DNA of 63,955 nt, counting the filler. It is 4 parts of 4 records of this genome, joined end to end, with 100 filler letters (N's around TTAATTAATTAA, not from the genome) between each part and the next. Parts side by side here need not be neighbours in the genome. Positions count along the whole stretch, not along the records: positions 1 to 28,673 come from SRR20825010_4263; positions 28,774 to 57,449 come from SRR20825010_4271; 2 more parts are not named here. The stretch is one strand, 5' to 3'. This document shows, piece after piece, positions 21,294 through 32,269 of the stretch. The position numbers and the translations under genes are program-made. Numbering within the stretch: position 1 is the stretch's first letter; the number at the start of each line of letters is the position of its first letter. The notes beneath the pieces were generated by a model. The model had not been told where the DNA came from. It was given only the letters and a program-made list of their open reading frames with translations, and did no database searches.

Positions 21294-22073
21294 ATGAGGT
21301 TTATTTTTAATAGGATTAGACTATCGCTTTGTGTTATAGGGTTGTTTGCATTTTCAATAAGTCATGCTCAATCTCCAAAGGAAAATACCGAAGACCATAT
21401 TGAATATAATAGTTCTATGGATACAGAAAACATTTATGTGCAACTTAGTACTGACGATCAATCCACTATGCTTGCTATGTTGCACCGTGGATTCTATGTT
21501 TATTTTGATGTCATGGGGAAGAAAAAAAAGAAAGTGTCCGTTCAATATCCTTTAGAAATGGAACCGCCACAAAGATCAGAAGGAAGAAATGATAGGGACG
21601 GGGGCAATATCGGTCAAAAAGAAGAAGTTGATCATGAGGGACCTGATATTTTATTTATGTTGGATGCCATGCCAAAAAAAGCCAATTATATTAAGCATGA
21701 TTACGAAGAAGAATTTCATCTTGATCTTAATAAATTGGGTATCTCCATTAGTTACAACTATGACGAAGAAGGTAAAATATTGCGATATGATCTTAAGATG
21801 CCAAAACAGCGCATAGCCGATGGCGGTATTGATTTTTCAAAAATGTCCATAGGTGTGGTAACCCCAAAAATGGAAAGGGATACTGAAAACAAAGGTTCAA
21901 ATATCAGCTTTGGAGGAGTAGGTCAAGGCCGCGGTCAAGGTGGTGGTCCCAGAGGGGGAGGCCAAGGTGGTGGTCCCAAGGGTGGAGGCCCAGGTGGCGG
22001 TCCACCACAGCAGGATCAAAGATCCGAAGAAGTTACGATCGACTTCTGGTTTAAGGCAAATTTGACCGAATAG
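21294..22073 (+). CDS. Secreted hypothetical protein with Gly/Pro-rich C-terminal linker
   Basis: Signal peptide; GGGP repeats; ends IDFWFKANL. Confidence 0.75.
   Translation: MRFIFNRIRLSLCVIGLFAFSISHAQSPKENTEDHIEYNSSMDTENIYVQLSTDDQSTMLAMLHRGFYVYFDVMGKKKKKVSVQYPLEMEPPQRSEGRNDRDGGNIGQKEEVDHEGPDILFMLDAMPKKANYIKHDYEEEFHLDLNKLGISISYNYDEEGKILRYDLKMPKQRIADGGIDFSKMSIGVVTPKMERDTENKGSNISFGGVGQGRGQGGGPRGGGQGGGPKGGGPGGGPPQQDQRSEEVTIDFWFKANLTE
21936..22004 (+). repeat. 27-bp coding tandem repeat, about 2.5 copies, encoding QGGGPxGGG
   Basis: CAAGGTGGTGGTCCCAGAGGGGGAGGC / CAAGGTGGTGGTCCCAAGGGTGGAGGC / CCAGGTGGCGGTCCA. Confidence 0.8.
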
Positions 22074-22231
22074 TTCCTTTTAATTAGTAAGTCAGCATTT
22101 CAAAGTCCGTAGCTGAATTGAAATGAGATAGGCAAACGAACCCCGCCTTTATTCTTCGGCCGTGGTTCTTTTTGGGGCCATATAAAAAAGAACAGTACAC
22201 TTAAGATTAAAAGTTACTTCTATTTAAAGGG

Positions 22232-24292
<2,061 letters not shown>

Positions 24293-24566
24293 CTACCAAG
24301 ATACGGTTTTTTTGGAACGAACTCAAATTAAGCTTAGGGTAGGAGAAGGGGCAATCATATCTTAATAAGCACCAGTTTAAAGTAATGGACTGCATTTTAC
24401 AGAAGACATATTGTTGTCCCGCCAAATACGGTCCTTGTCGAGAATTAATATCATTTTGTCCAATATTCGATAAATGGCTTTTATAGGGATTAAACCAAAA
24501 TTGAAAATTTAGGTCAAAGGAGTGAAAGTATAAATTAAAGTTTAACCTTTTTAAATGTTATGACCT

Positions 24567-25151
24567 ATGAAAACAAATAGCAAAACATATTTCATTTTAT
24601 CCATATTACTTATAGGATTTATGTACTTGGGTACGGCCCAGACCCGTACACGAACTACCACCACCAAAACTACCAGAACGGTAACTAAAAAAACACCAAA
24701 TAGGGTGTCCAGTAAGAGAGTGGTTTATAGAACCCCGACCAGGAAGGTTGTTTCCGTAAGAACCGTACCCAACAGAAAAGTGGTGAAGTATCATGGGCAA
24801 AATTACTACTATTCCAATAACAGGTTCTATACCTATTCCAGAGGGCGCTACATTGTAATCGCCCCCAAAATAGGATTTAGAATAAATACCTTACCTGCCA
24901 ATTATCGCAGAATTCATTTTAATAATCATATGTACTTTGTTGTGGCGGGCACTTTTTATACCCAGATAGGGAATGAATATGAAGTGGTAGAGCCGGAAAT
25001 AGGGACTATTGTCTATGAGCTCCCGGAAGATTATGAAAGAGTTACCATAGATGGACAGACGTATTACGAGTACGGTAATATTCTATATGAAAAAGTACAG
25101 CTAGATGGTACTAGGGCCTATGAAGTTGTTGGTATTATAGATTTGGAATAG
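24567..25151 (+). CDS. Secreted DUF6515-like protein (paralog 2)
   Basis: Shares long identical blocks with 13421-14017 (SRGRYIVIAPKIGFRI, YEVVEPEIGTIVYELP, RAYEVVG). Confidence 0.8.
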   Translation: MKTNSKTYFILSILLIGFMYLGTAQTRTRTTTTKTTRTVTKKTPNRVSSKRVVYRTPTRKVVSVRTVPNRKVVKYHGQNYYYSNNRFYTYSRGRYIVIAPKIGFRINTLPANYRRIHFNNHMYFVVAGTFYTQIGNEYEVVEPEIGTIVYELPEDYERVTIDGQTYYEYGNILYEKVQLDGTRAYEVVGIIDLE

Positions 25152-25179
25152 TTTATATAGTACATATTCTTTTAATAAA

Positions 25180-25213
25180 AAAAGCGCTTATCCATCCTAT
25201 GGTAAGCGCTTTT
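25180..25213 (+). terminator. Rho-independent terminator
   Basis: Hairpin AAAAGCGCTTA...TAAGCGCTTTT after the stop. Confidence 0.7.
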
Positions 25214-25505
25214 GTGGTTTTGGTATGGGGTTATTTTTTATGGATCAAGGTTGGTATAGCTGTTAAGCGGGACTAAAGTAGGAGGGGAGCGCCAAGTTTA
25301 AAACCTTATCTCCGGTATGATGAATATCATTGTCCATTAGCGGTATTAGATCTATATTAATCTATACTTAAGAATCGATCCCAAAAATGAACCGGCATAA
25401 AAGGTGGATCTTATATCAGCTTTAGGCAAGATGCTGTTTGTGCCATGGGTAATAGAGTGTTTGGGATTTTATAAACTAAAAAGATCCATAAAAAATTAAA
25501 ATAAT

Positions 25506-26024
25506 ATGAAAACCGTAGCTCCACAAAAAGTAGGGGAATGCTGCCCTATCTTTAGTACTGAAAAATGGGATGAAAAAACCTTCAATTGGGATAACAAACC
25601 ATTTATAAAGGCATCCGTACCTACCTTTTTTCACATTCCTTTTCCACCAATGATAGGCAAGCAGATTAGTAGGATGAACAAGCTCGCCGAGGACTCCAAT
25701 AAATTAGACCCCAACAAGGAAGATATTTTGGTCCTGTTCGCGGATCCACATCCGTTTAAATCCGAAATATATTTATCGGTAATGGCTAAAGTGCCCGAAG
25801 CAAAAAACATTTCCCTTACCGGAACATTCATGAGCAAGGTGTTTGATGGTGACTATAATGCCATACCAAAATTTATGAAGGAAATGGACATCTATTTGGG
25901 CAGTAAAAACAAAAAGGCTAAGCGGTATTTTGTGCATTATGCCTATTGTCCTCAATGTGTTCAAGAAAAAGGACACAACTATATGGTGCTGTTTGCTGAA
26001 ATTGAAAACCAAAAGTTGGTATGA
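25506..26024 (+). CDS. Uncharacterised GyrI-like protein with N-terminal CCP and C-terminal YxxCPxC motifs
   Basis: ECCP..., SKVFDGDY, HYAYCPQC...GHNYMVLFA; fold assigned by resemblance only. Confidence 0.7.
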   Translation: MKTVAPQKVGECCPIFSTEKWDEKTFNWDNKPFIKASVPTFFHIPFPPMIGKQISRMNKLAEDSNKLDPNKEDILVLFADPHPFKSEIYLSVMAKVPEAKNISLTGTFMSKVFDGDYNAIPKFMKEMDIYLGSKNKKAKRYFVHYAYCPQCVQEKGHNYMVLFAEIENQKLV

Positions 26025-26419
26025 GGTCCAGCATATTCAAATTAAGTCAGTGGTTGTTGTTTCCCTTAGTCGACTTTATAAGAGCCACTGTGGCATGTAT
26101 CATTTAAATGCATGGAATTTTAGCATAGTATCAGATAGATTTCTAATGCCCTAGACAAAATCCCGGCCATAAATATCACTAGTTTCGGAATCACGATTTT
26201 CAGAATAAACATAATCTATCCATAATATACTTATATAATTACACGTAGTTGCTTTATTGCCTGTTTCAAGACATAGCCCATATGCATATTAACTTTCTTT
26301 GGAACACTTAAATTGTTAAAAACTACATAGGTTAATATTCTATAGGTATTCATCAAGAATAGTGATACTACTTCGCCCACATACTTTTATTTTTATCAAT
26401 TCTATAATTGATATAATAT

Positions 26420-28624
26420 ATGAAAAAATTATTCTTAGGGTTTTGTTTACTAGTGGGTTTTGGAACCCAGGCACAAACGGTCGCCGATCAGCCATTTCTT
26501 CAAGATAGTGCTGATAAATTCTCCTTGAAAGAGGGCGAGGGGAATGTGAATTTGCTTCAAATAGGCAGTGATAGAAATAAGGCCATTAAAGTTCTCAGTA
26601 GTCAAGGCCTAATGCTCCCATATGAAAAAAATCTTCGACAAGATGTTCATTATCGACCTTTGCTCGATATGAATATTGTTGCATTGACGGAGTACCAAGG
26701 TCAGTTTGTTTATCTAACGGAAAAGGCGGTTTTAAGCAATGCATGGGCGGGCAAGTTATATATTAACCACGGTATAGAAGCTCCCAAGGCGATGGGTATG
26801 GGTCCAGATTTTTTGACCTTGGTAGCAGGAGATGGCAATTTCGCTATTTTTAAGAACAACCAAGAGGTTTGGAGGTCTTCCATCGAAAGCCTAAATCCGA
26901 TATCCGTTCAATACGACCCTAATTCCGGTCAGTTTTTGCTTTTAACGGCAGAAGGATTGTACCAAGTGGACAGTGTTTTAAAGACAGCAAAAAAGGTGTT
27001 TGATGGTAATGATTTAACGGCATTCAGTTTATTTGAGGACACTATTGTTTTAGGGACTACCAACGGCATTCAGCTATTGGACCGTAAAACATTTACCTTG
27101 AATAAATTGGACCAAAAACTACCTTGGACAGAAATTACCAGTGTAAACAACATTCGCGGTAACCTATGGTTTGGCTCAACCAAAGGCGCCTTTAAATTAC
27201 GTGAAGATGGCAAGTACGATTATTATGCTTCAAAGCGATGGTTGGTAGACGATCATGTGGCCGATATTGCAGAAGGTCCTGACGGAAGTGTACTGGTCTT
27301 GACCCAAAAGGGGATGAGCAAAATCGATTTTGAACCTATGACATTGGCGCAAAAAGCTGAGTATTTTCAAGAAATTCAACGCTTACGTCATATTCGCTAC
27401 GGTTTTACCTCCGATCTAGCCATGAGAACTCCGGGCGACCTTGCCACAGGCTATTTTCATGATACCGATAATGATGGATTATGGACATCCATGTACTTGG
27501 CAGGGGAGTTGTTTAGATATGCGGTAACCAAGTCCGAAGATGCCAAGCAAAATGCCTACGAAGCGTTTGAGGCTATGGAGAGGTTGACGGCACTTCCCGA
27601 TCTAAAAGGGTTTCCGGCAAGGTCTTTTGAAAGGGATGGCTATGAAGTGGGGCTACACGCCAACGGATTTTCTGAAGAGTGGAGACAGCAATGGGAGAAA
27701 GAAAACGGACGGATCTGGCAGTTATCGGACGATGAACTTTGGAGATGGAAGTCCACCACCAGTAGCGATGAATCCTGCGGACATTTTTTCGTATATGCAC
27801 TTTTTGCTGAATTGGCACCGGATAAGGAATGGCGTGATAGGGCCATACATCAAATAAAAATTGAGATGGACCATATTATGGACAACGATTGGTACTTAAT
27901 GGATTGGAACGGAAAGCCAACCGCTTGGGGAAAATGGAATCCGGAGTACGTAAATAGCTTCCCGATCAATGTAGGGGATCGTAGACTAAATTCCACCCTT
28001 ATTCTATCTTTTCTGCAAACCGCCTATCATTTTACAAAAGACAAAAAATATAAGAAGGGGGCCGAAAAGCTCATAAAAAAATATGGCTATGATGAGAATG
28101 CCAACAGACCGGCTACGGTCATCGGTTTTGTAGAAGGAGAGGACTTAAGCAATAAATGGAACCATTCCGATGATGAAATGTATTTTTTGACCATCCCCGG
28201 ATTTGTTAATTATTCTTTTACGGAAGAGCAAAAAGCAGCACACTTTAATGCGGCAAAAAGTCATTGGGAAGTGGAACGCTCCGAAAAAAATCCGCTATGG
28301 AATTATCTTTTTGCACTTAGTGGAGGGGAAAATATAGATAGTGAAGAATCCGCCTGGTGGTTACGTGAGTTTCCCATGGATCTTATAGATTGGAAAATTG
28401 ATAACGACCACAGGAAGGACCTGACTAAAATAGCCCCCAATTTCCGAAGCCAGACCTATACCGAGGTGTTGCCCGGTGACGAGCGGACGCTTCATTTGCA
28501 CAATGGGGCCTATAGGAACAATGGAGGAAGTGATGGCAAACGGGAATATGCCCCCTATATCTATCTGTTACCCTACTGGGCAGGTAGGTATGTGGAAGCC
28601 ATTAGTGCTCCACAGGCCGAGTAG
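26420..28624 (+). CDS. Secreted protein with N-terminal beta-propeller and C-terminal helical, probably (alpha/alpha) barrel, domain
   Basis: Signal peptide; propeller-like repeats (VLGTTNGI, LWFGSTKGA); motifs DTDNDGLWTSMYL, WKSTTSSDESCGH, NHSDDEM, YLLPYWAGRY. Confidence 0.75.
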   Translation: MKKLFLGFCLLVGFGTQAQTVADQPFLQDSADKFSLKEGEGNVNLLQIGSDRNKAIKVLSSQGLMLPYEKNLRQDVHYRPLLDMNIVALTEYQGQFVYLTEKAVLSNAWAGKLYINHGIEAPKAMGMGPDFLTLVAGDGNFAIFKNNQEVWRSSIESLNPISVQYDPNSGQFLLLTAEGLYQVDSVLKTAKKVFDGNDLTAFSLFEDTIVLGTTNGIQLLDRKTFTLNKLDQKLPWTEITSVNNIRGNLWFGSTKGAFKLREDGKYDYYASKRWLVDDHVADIAEGPDGSVLVLTQKGMSKIDFEPMTLAQKAEYFQEIQRLRHIRYGFTSDLAMRTPGDLATGYFHDTDNDGLWTSMYLAGELFRYAVTKSEDAKQNAYEAFEAMERLTALPDLKGFPARSFERDGYEVGLHANGFSEEWRQQWEKENGRIWQLSDDELWRWKSTTSSDESCGHFFVYALFAELAPDKEWRDRAIHQIKIEMDHIMDNDWYLMDWNGKPTAWGKWNPEYVNSFPINVGDRRLNSTLILSFLQTAYHFTKDKKYKKGAEKLIKKYGYDENANRPATVIGFVEGEDLSNKWNHSDDEMYFLTIPGFVNYSFTEEQKAAHFNAAKSHWEVERSEKNPLWNYLFALSGGENIDSEESAWWLREFPMDLIDWKIDNDHRKDLTKIAPNFRSQTYTEVLPGDERTLHLHNGAYRNNGGSDGKREYAPYIYLLPYWAGRYVEAISAPQAE

Positions 28625-28673
28625 TGAAATATTAAGGCATAATAAAGAGGGCGTCTAAAAAGTATTTCAACCC

Positions 28674-28773
28674 NNNNNNNNNNNNNNNNNNNNNNNNNNN
28701 NNNNNNNNNNNNNNNNNTTAATTAATTAANNNNNNNNNNNNNNNNNNNNNNNNNNNNNNNNNNNNNNNNNNNN
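28674..28773. other. Artificial contig-joining spacer
   Basis: N44-TTAATTAATTAA-N44, giving stops in all six frames. Confidence 0.98.
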
Positions 28774-28854
28774 ACTTCGAAAAACTTTGGCAGGTTCGCA
28801 ATGACGATGGTTTATGAGCAAATGATAACGTGAAGCAATTTTCAGCAATGACGT

Positions 28855-29463
28855 TTACCTTACAATCGTCCTGAAGGTCAAATTCACTCTTGGGGTATTC
28901 ACTTTTTTGGTGGGAGGTAAGCGATGAAGCCAATGGGTTTGGGTGGTGTCTTTCATCACCAATAGGCTGCCGTGTTCTAAGAAAATATCAATCTTCTCTT
29001 TAGTTTCTTTGTGCTTAAAAGCGAATTTTCTTTCGGCTCCAAAACTTACGGATGCGATTGCTCCATTTTTCTTTAAGTCCTTTTCGCCATCGCTGTGCCA
29101 GGCCATCCCTTCTTCTCCAGAATGGTATAAATTCAGCAGGCAGGAATTGAATTTTTCACCCGTTTTTTCTTCTACCAAAATTTTTAAACTAAGCAATTCA
29201 GTTGTCCAAGGCAGCGCTTTTTTGGTCACGTTAGAGTAGCTGTATTCGTATGGTTTGTCGGCATACCAAGCTACTTTTCGCTTAGTAATAAAATGCTTGC
29301 CAAAAATGACGGCTTCATCATTTCGCCATTCAATTGACCCCAATAACTTTTGGTAATAGAAGTTGGCTTCTTCATCTGAAACTAGTTTGCCATAGTAATT
29401 GACAGTCCCCTCTTTAGGTAGCCAATTTTTGGTTTCATCTATTTCTCTACTGAACAGCTCCAT
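28855..29463 (-). CDS. alkB: AlkB-family (ALKBH2-like) 2OG-Fe(II) DNA repair dioxygenase
   Basis: FNSCLLNLY, WHSD (HxD), WLHRLP, RVNLTFR. Confidence 0.92.
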   Translation of the reverse strand: MELFSREIDETKNWLPKEGTVNYYGKLVSDEEANFYYQKLLGSIEWRNDEAVIFGKHFITKRKVAWYADKPYEYSYSNVTKKALPWTTELLSLKILVEEKTGEKFNSCLLNLYHSGEEGMAWHSDGEKDLKKNGAIASVSFGAERKFAFKHKETKEKIDIFLEHGSLLVMKDTTQTHWLHRLPPTKKVNTPRVNLTFRTIVR

Positions 29464-29695
29464 CTTTCCATTTTTGATATTCGGTTCTCATACAATGCCC
29501 GCAGGGTCGAAAGCTATTCAATTTAGCTTCATCTGGCGAATAGAAAAATATGCGGTTCTCTCTTTTCATTCGCTTGCCCGATGCACATTTTAAAGTACCG
29601 TAAATTTTCAGTTTTCTATTGCCAGCATAGCGAATTTCTCTCCGCCTTATTCTATTGTGTAATTCTAAATTGCTGATTTCAGTATGATTCACCAT
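29447..29695 (-). CDS. Stand-alone Ada-type metal-binding domain protein
   Basis: KIYGTLKCASG...RENRIFF...FRPCGHC aligns with the Ada N-terminal Zn domain. Confidence 0.85.
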   Translation of the reverse strand: MVNHTEISNLELHNRIRRREIRYAGNRKLKIYGTLKCASGKRMKRENRIFFYSPDEAKLNSFRPCGHCMRTEYQKWKDGAVQ

Positions 29696-29698
29696 TCC

Positions 29699-30409
29699 TC
29701 AACTGATAGCATCATGAAAAATGATTCCTAGTGTATGTCTTTCTCCACTATGTACTTCGCTCACACCGTGTTTCATATTGACACGGTAGTAACGCTTACT
29801 ACCCTTTACGGGGCGAAAGTTGGTTGTGAAAATCAACAGATCTCCCTTATTTGGTTTTAGCACAATGGCTTTGGACTGTGCTCTTGGTGTCTGTTGCGTC
29901 AGTACAAACTCTCCTCCGGTAAAGTCTACTTCTGGTTGATTTAAAAACAGCACAGCTTGAATAGGAAAATATACTTCGCCATATAAATCTTGGTGCAGAG
30001 TGTTAAAGCCACCCTTTCCGTATTTCAAAATTAATGGAGTGGGTTGAAGTTGTTCCTCCTTATGACACAGTGCTTGCAAATCATTAAATGAGATGGGAAA
30101 CTGCTTTTCGATATTCAGTACCTTCATCCAAAGGTTAGCGATGGGCGCAAGCTTTCCATATAGTTTTTCTCGGGTGCTTTGAATAACGGATGGCAGCGGG
30201 TAGTCAAAATATTTGTATTCACCCAAACCAAACCTATATCGCTCCATCACCACAGTTTTGCGGTAAATGGGTTGATCATAATTCTCAATTAAATTTGCAC
30301 AGATATTTTCTGAAATGAAATTCGGAACAATAGCATAACCCTTGGTGTGCATATCTTCCGTTACAGTTGACCAATTGATCTCTGTAACTTTTGCTTCTAT
30401 ATTTTCCAA
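29699..30409 (-). CDS. 2OG-Fe(II) oxygenase (DUF2086 / nucleic-acid oxygenase family)
   Basis: GLGEYKYF, LHQDLYG, GGEFVLTQQ.PRAQS, HGVS, RHTLGIIFHDA. Confidence 0.88.
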   Translation of the reverse strand: MENIEAKVTEINWSTVTEDMHTKGYAIVPNFISENICANLIENYDQPIYRKTVVMERYRFGLGEYKYFDYPLPSVIQSTREKLYGKLAPIANLWMKVLNIEKQFPISFNDLQALCHKEEQLQPTPLILKYGKGGFNTLHQDLYGEVYFPIQAVLFLNQPEVDFTGGEFVLTQQTPRAQSKAIVLKPNKGDLLIFTTNFRPVKGSKRYYRVNMKHGVSEVHSGERHTLGIIFHDAIS

Positions 30410-30415
30410 GGGCCT

Positions 30416-31264
30416 TTAAACTGCGGTGTCCATTTTTGCGGCTTCCCAACCAATAATGGCAGCTTTCCGAGTTGGCCCCCACATATAACCGCCCACTGTT
30501 CCGCTGGCCTGAATTACCCTATGGCAGGGAATAAGAAAGGCAACGGGGTTGCTTCCAATCGCACTGCCTACAGCTCTAGAAGCATTCGGTTTTTCTATTT
30601 TGGCTGCCAGATTACCATAGGTTGAAAGTTTGCCCATAGGAATGTTCAAAAGAGCCTTCCACACTTTTAGTTGGAAATCCGTGCCTTTTAAATGAAGCTT
30701 GATTTTATCCAGTTGTTGCCAATCATGGGTGAAAATGTAGAGCGCATTTTGCTGAATTATATCCACTACCTGGTTTAATTTGGCATTGGGAAAATGACTT
30801 TTAAAAGCATTGAAGCCTGCTATTTCATTTTCTGAAAAGGCCATATAGCAAATGCCTTTTGGAGTAGAGGCCACCAAAATATTTCCGAAGGGGCTTTCGG
30901 CATAACTATAATTAATCGTTAAGTTTTCACCCCCGTTTTTAAACTCTCCAGGAGTCATGCCTTCAATCTGAACAAACAAATCATGTAGACGACCAGTGCC
31001 CGAAAGGCCTGTGTCGTAAGCAGCATCAAACAAAGTGCTCTGCTTTTCTTTGAGCACCTGCTTGGCGTGTTCAACACTAATGTATTGTAAGAATTTTTTT
31101 GGACTGACGCCAGCCCATTCTGTAAACATGCGCTGGAAATGAAAAGGGCTAAGGTTTACCTTTTCTGCCAATTCATCTAAACTAGGTTGATCTTTAAAAT
31201 TCAGCTTTAAGTAATCAATCGCTTCTGCAATTCTCTCGTAATTAATTTGACTTTGATCTTTCAT
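30416..31264 (-). CDS. ada: AraC-HTH plus methylated-DNA--protein-cysteine methyltransferase (Ada-like, lacking the Zn domain)
   Basis: N-terminal AraC HTH (LSPFHFQRMF); C-terminal GTDFQ, ASRAVG and active-site IPCHRV. Confidence 0.88.
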   Translation of the reverse strand: MKDQSQINYERIAEAIDYLKLNFKDQPSLDELAEKVNLSPFHFQRMFTEWAGVSPKKFLQYISVEHAKQVLKEKQSTLFDAAYDTGLSGTGRLHDLFVQIEGMTPGEFKNGGENLTINYSYAESPFGNILVASTPKGICYMAFSENEIAGFNAFKSHFPNAKLNQVVDIIQQNALYIFTHDWQQLDKIKLHLKGTDFQLKVWKALLNIPMGKLSTYGNLAAKIEKPNASRAVGSAIGSNPVAFLIPCHRVIQASGTVGGYMWGPTRKAAIIGWEAAKMDTAV

Positions 31265-31357
31265 GATTTAGCATTTCAATAAGAACAAAGGTTGTGTAAA
31301 TGCCTAATCAAGAAAACCCGAAACTTGCGGGCTTATTAATAATTCTAAAAAATGTGA

Positions 31358-31391
31358 AAACCATAAATCAATCCTTAGTGATTTATGGTTT
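31358..31391 (-). terminator. Hairpin after the ArsC-like gene
   Basis: Perfect 13-bp stem AAACCATAAATCA...TGATTTATGGTTT. Confidence 0.65.
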
Positions 31392-31412
31392 CTGAATTGA
31401 AACCTTTCCATC

Positions 31413-31835
31413 TCAATCCCGTTTTGGCGATTCATAAACATTACCACTTTTTGATTTTATGCCTTCAATCTCGATTCCTTTGTTGATAAAGTCATAGGCC
31501 GAGTGTACAAAAAACACGGTTCCGTTAAGCATGGCAATTGGTGTTTTAAGAATGTCAGGGTGTTGTTTTATAACCTTCATGATTTCCTCATTTGAGAAAC
31601 TCTGATCCTTAATTTCGTTCAAATAAGTGTCGGATGTTTTATCTATCAAGTCCAGTATTTGCAATCCCATGTCATTCGCAACTTGACTCAGCTGAGTTTC
31701 TGTCAAAGGATTTTTATCGAGGTTTCTTTCGTTCACGGTATATTTTTGGATAGCACTCGCGTATCCGAGTACTTTCGTGTCTTGTGTTTTTCTACCGTTA
31801 TAAATAAGAAGAATTTCGTTTTCCTGAGGTTTCAT
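31413..31835 (-). CDS. ArsC/Spx-fold protein without cysteines
   Basis: LTETQL, DLID, HPDILKTPI motifs of the ArsC/Spx family; no Cys in 140 aa. Confidence 0.75.
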   Translation of the reverse strand: MKPQENEILLIYNGRKTQDTKVLGYASAIQKYTVNERNLDKNPLTETQLSQVANDMGLQILDLIDKTSDTYLNEIKDQSFSNEEIMKVIKQHPDILKTPIAMLNGTVFFVHSAYDFINKGIEIEGIKSKSGNVYESPKRD

Positions 31836-31930
31836 AATGAATGGATAAATGCAAAAAATGAATATGTGTAATTCAGAACGGTTCCTGAAGAATCAGAAAC
31901 CGTTCTATGATCTATATAATAGAGTAATGC

Positions 31931-32095
31931 TTACCGCCTACTGGTAACTCCTCTCAATAGAGAAACAACAAGCAATACCACGAAAATGAAGAATACAATT
32001 TTAGCTAGTGAAGCAGCGCCAGCGGCAATGCCTCCAAAGCCTAAAATACCGGCAATTATGGCTATAATTAAGAATGTGATTGTCCAACGTAACAT
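31931..32095 (-). CDS. DUF1328 (YtjA-like) small membrane protein
   Basis: [38 protein letters not shown]; the likely start is ATG 32095, not 32230. Confidence 0.92.
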   Translation of the reverse strand: MLRWTITFLIIAIIAGILGFGGIAAGAASLAKIVFFIFVVLLVVSLLRGVTSRR

Positions 32096-32269
32096 ATCTG
32101 TGGGGTTTAAGTGATTAATTGATTTACCCCTAGATATAGGAAAACTATGCCAAGCCGATTTATCCCAAAAAATCAGTGTTTTAGTATATTTAATGAGACG
32201 ATAAGACCCAGCCTGTGGAGATGTTTCCACAAATTGCTTGAAAATGAAGTGTTTATAAAGTGGCTTGCT

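Noticed and set aside
28718-28933. ORF-track entries ending in X...LIN (also the tail of 57494-57868, and 60837-61370)
   Set aside because: These are artefacts of reading into the N/TTAATTAATTAA spacer; only the sheath portion of 57550-57868 is real.
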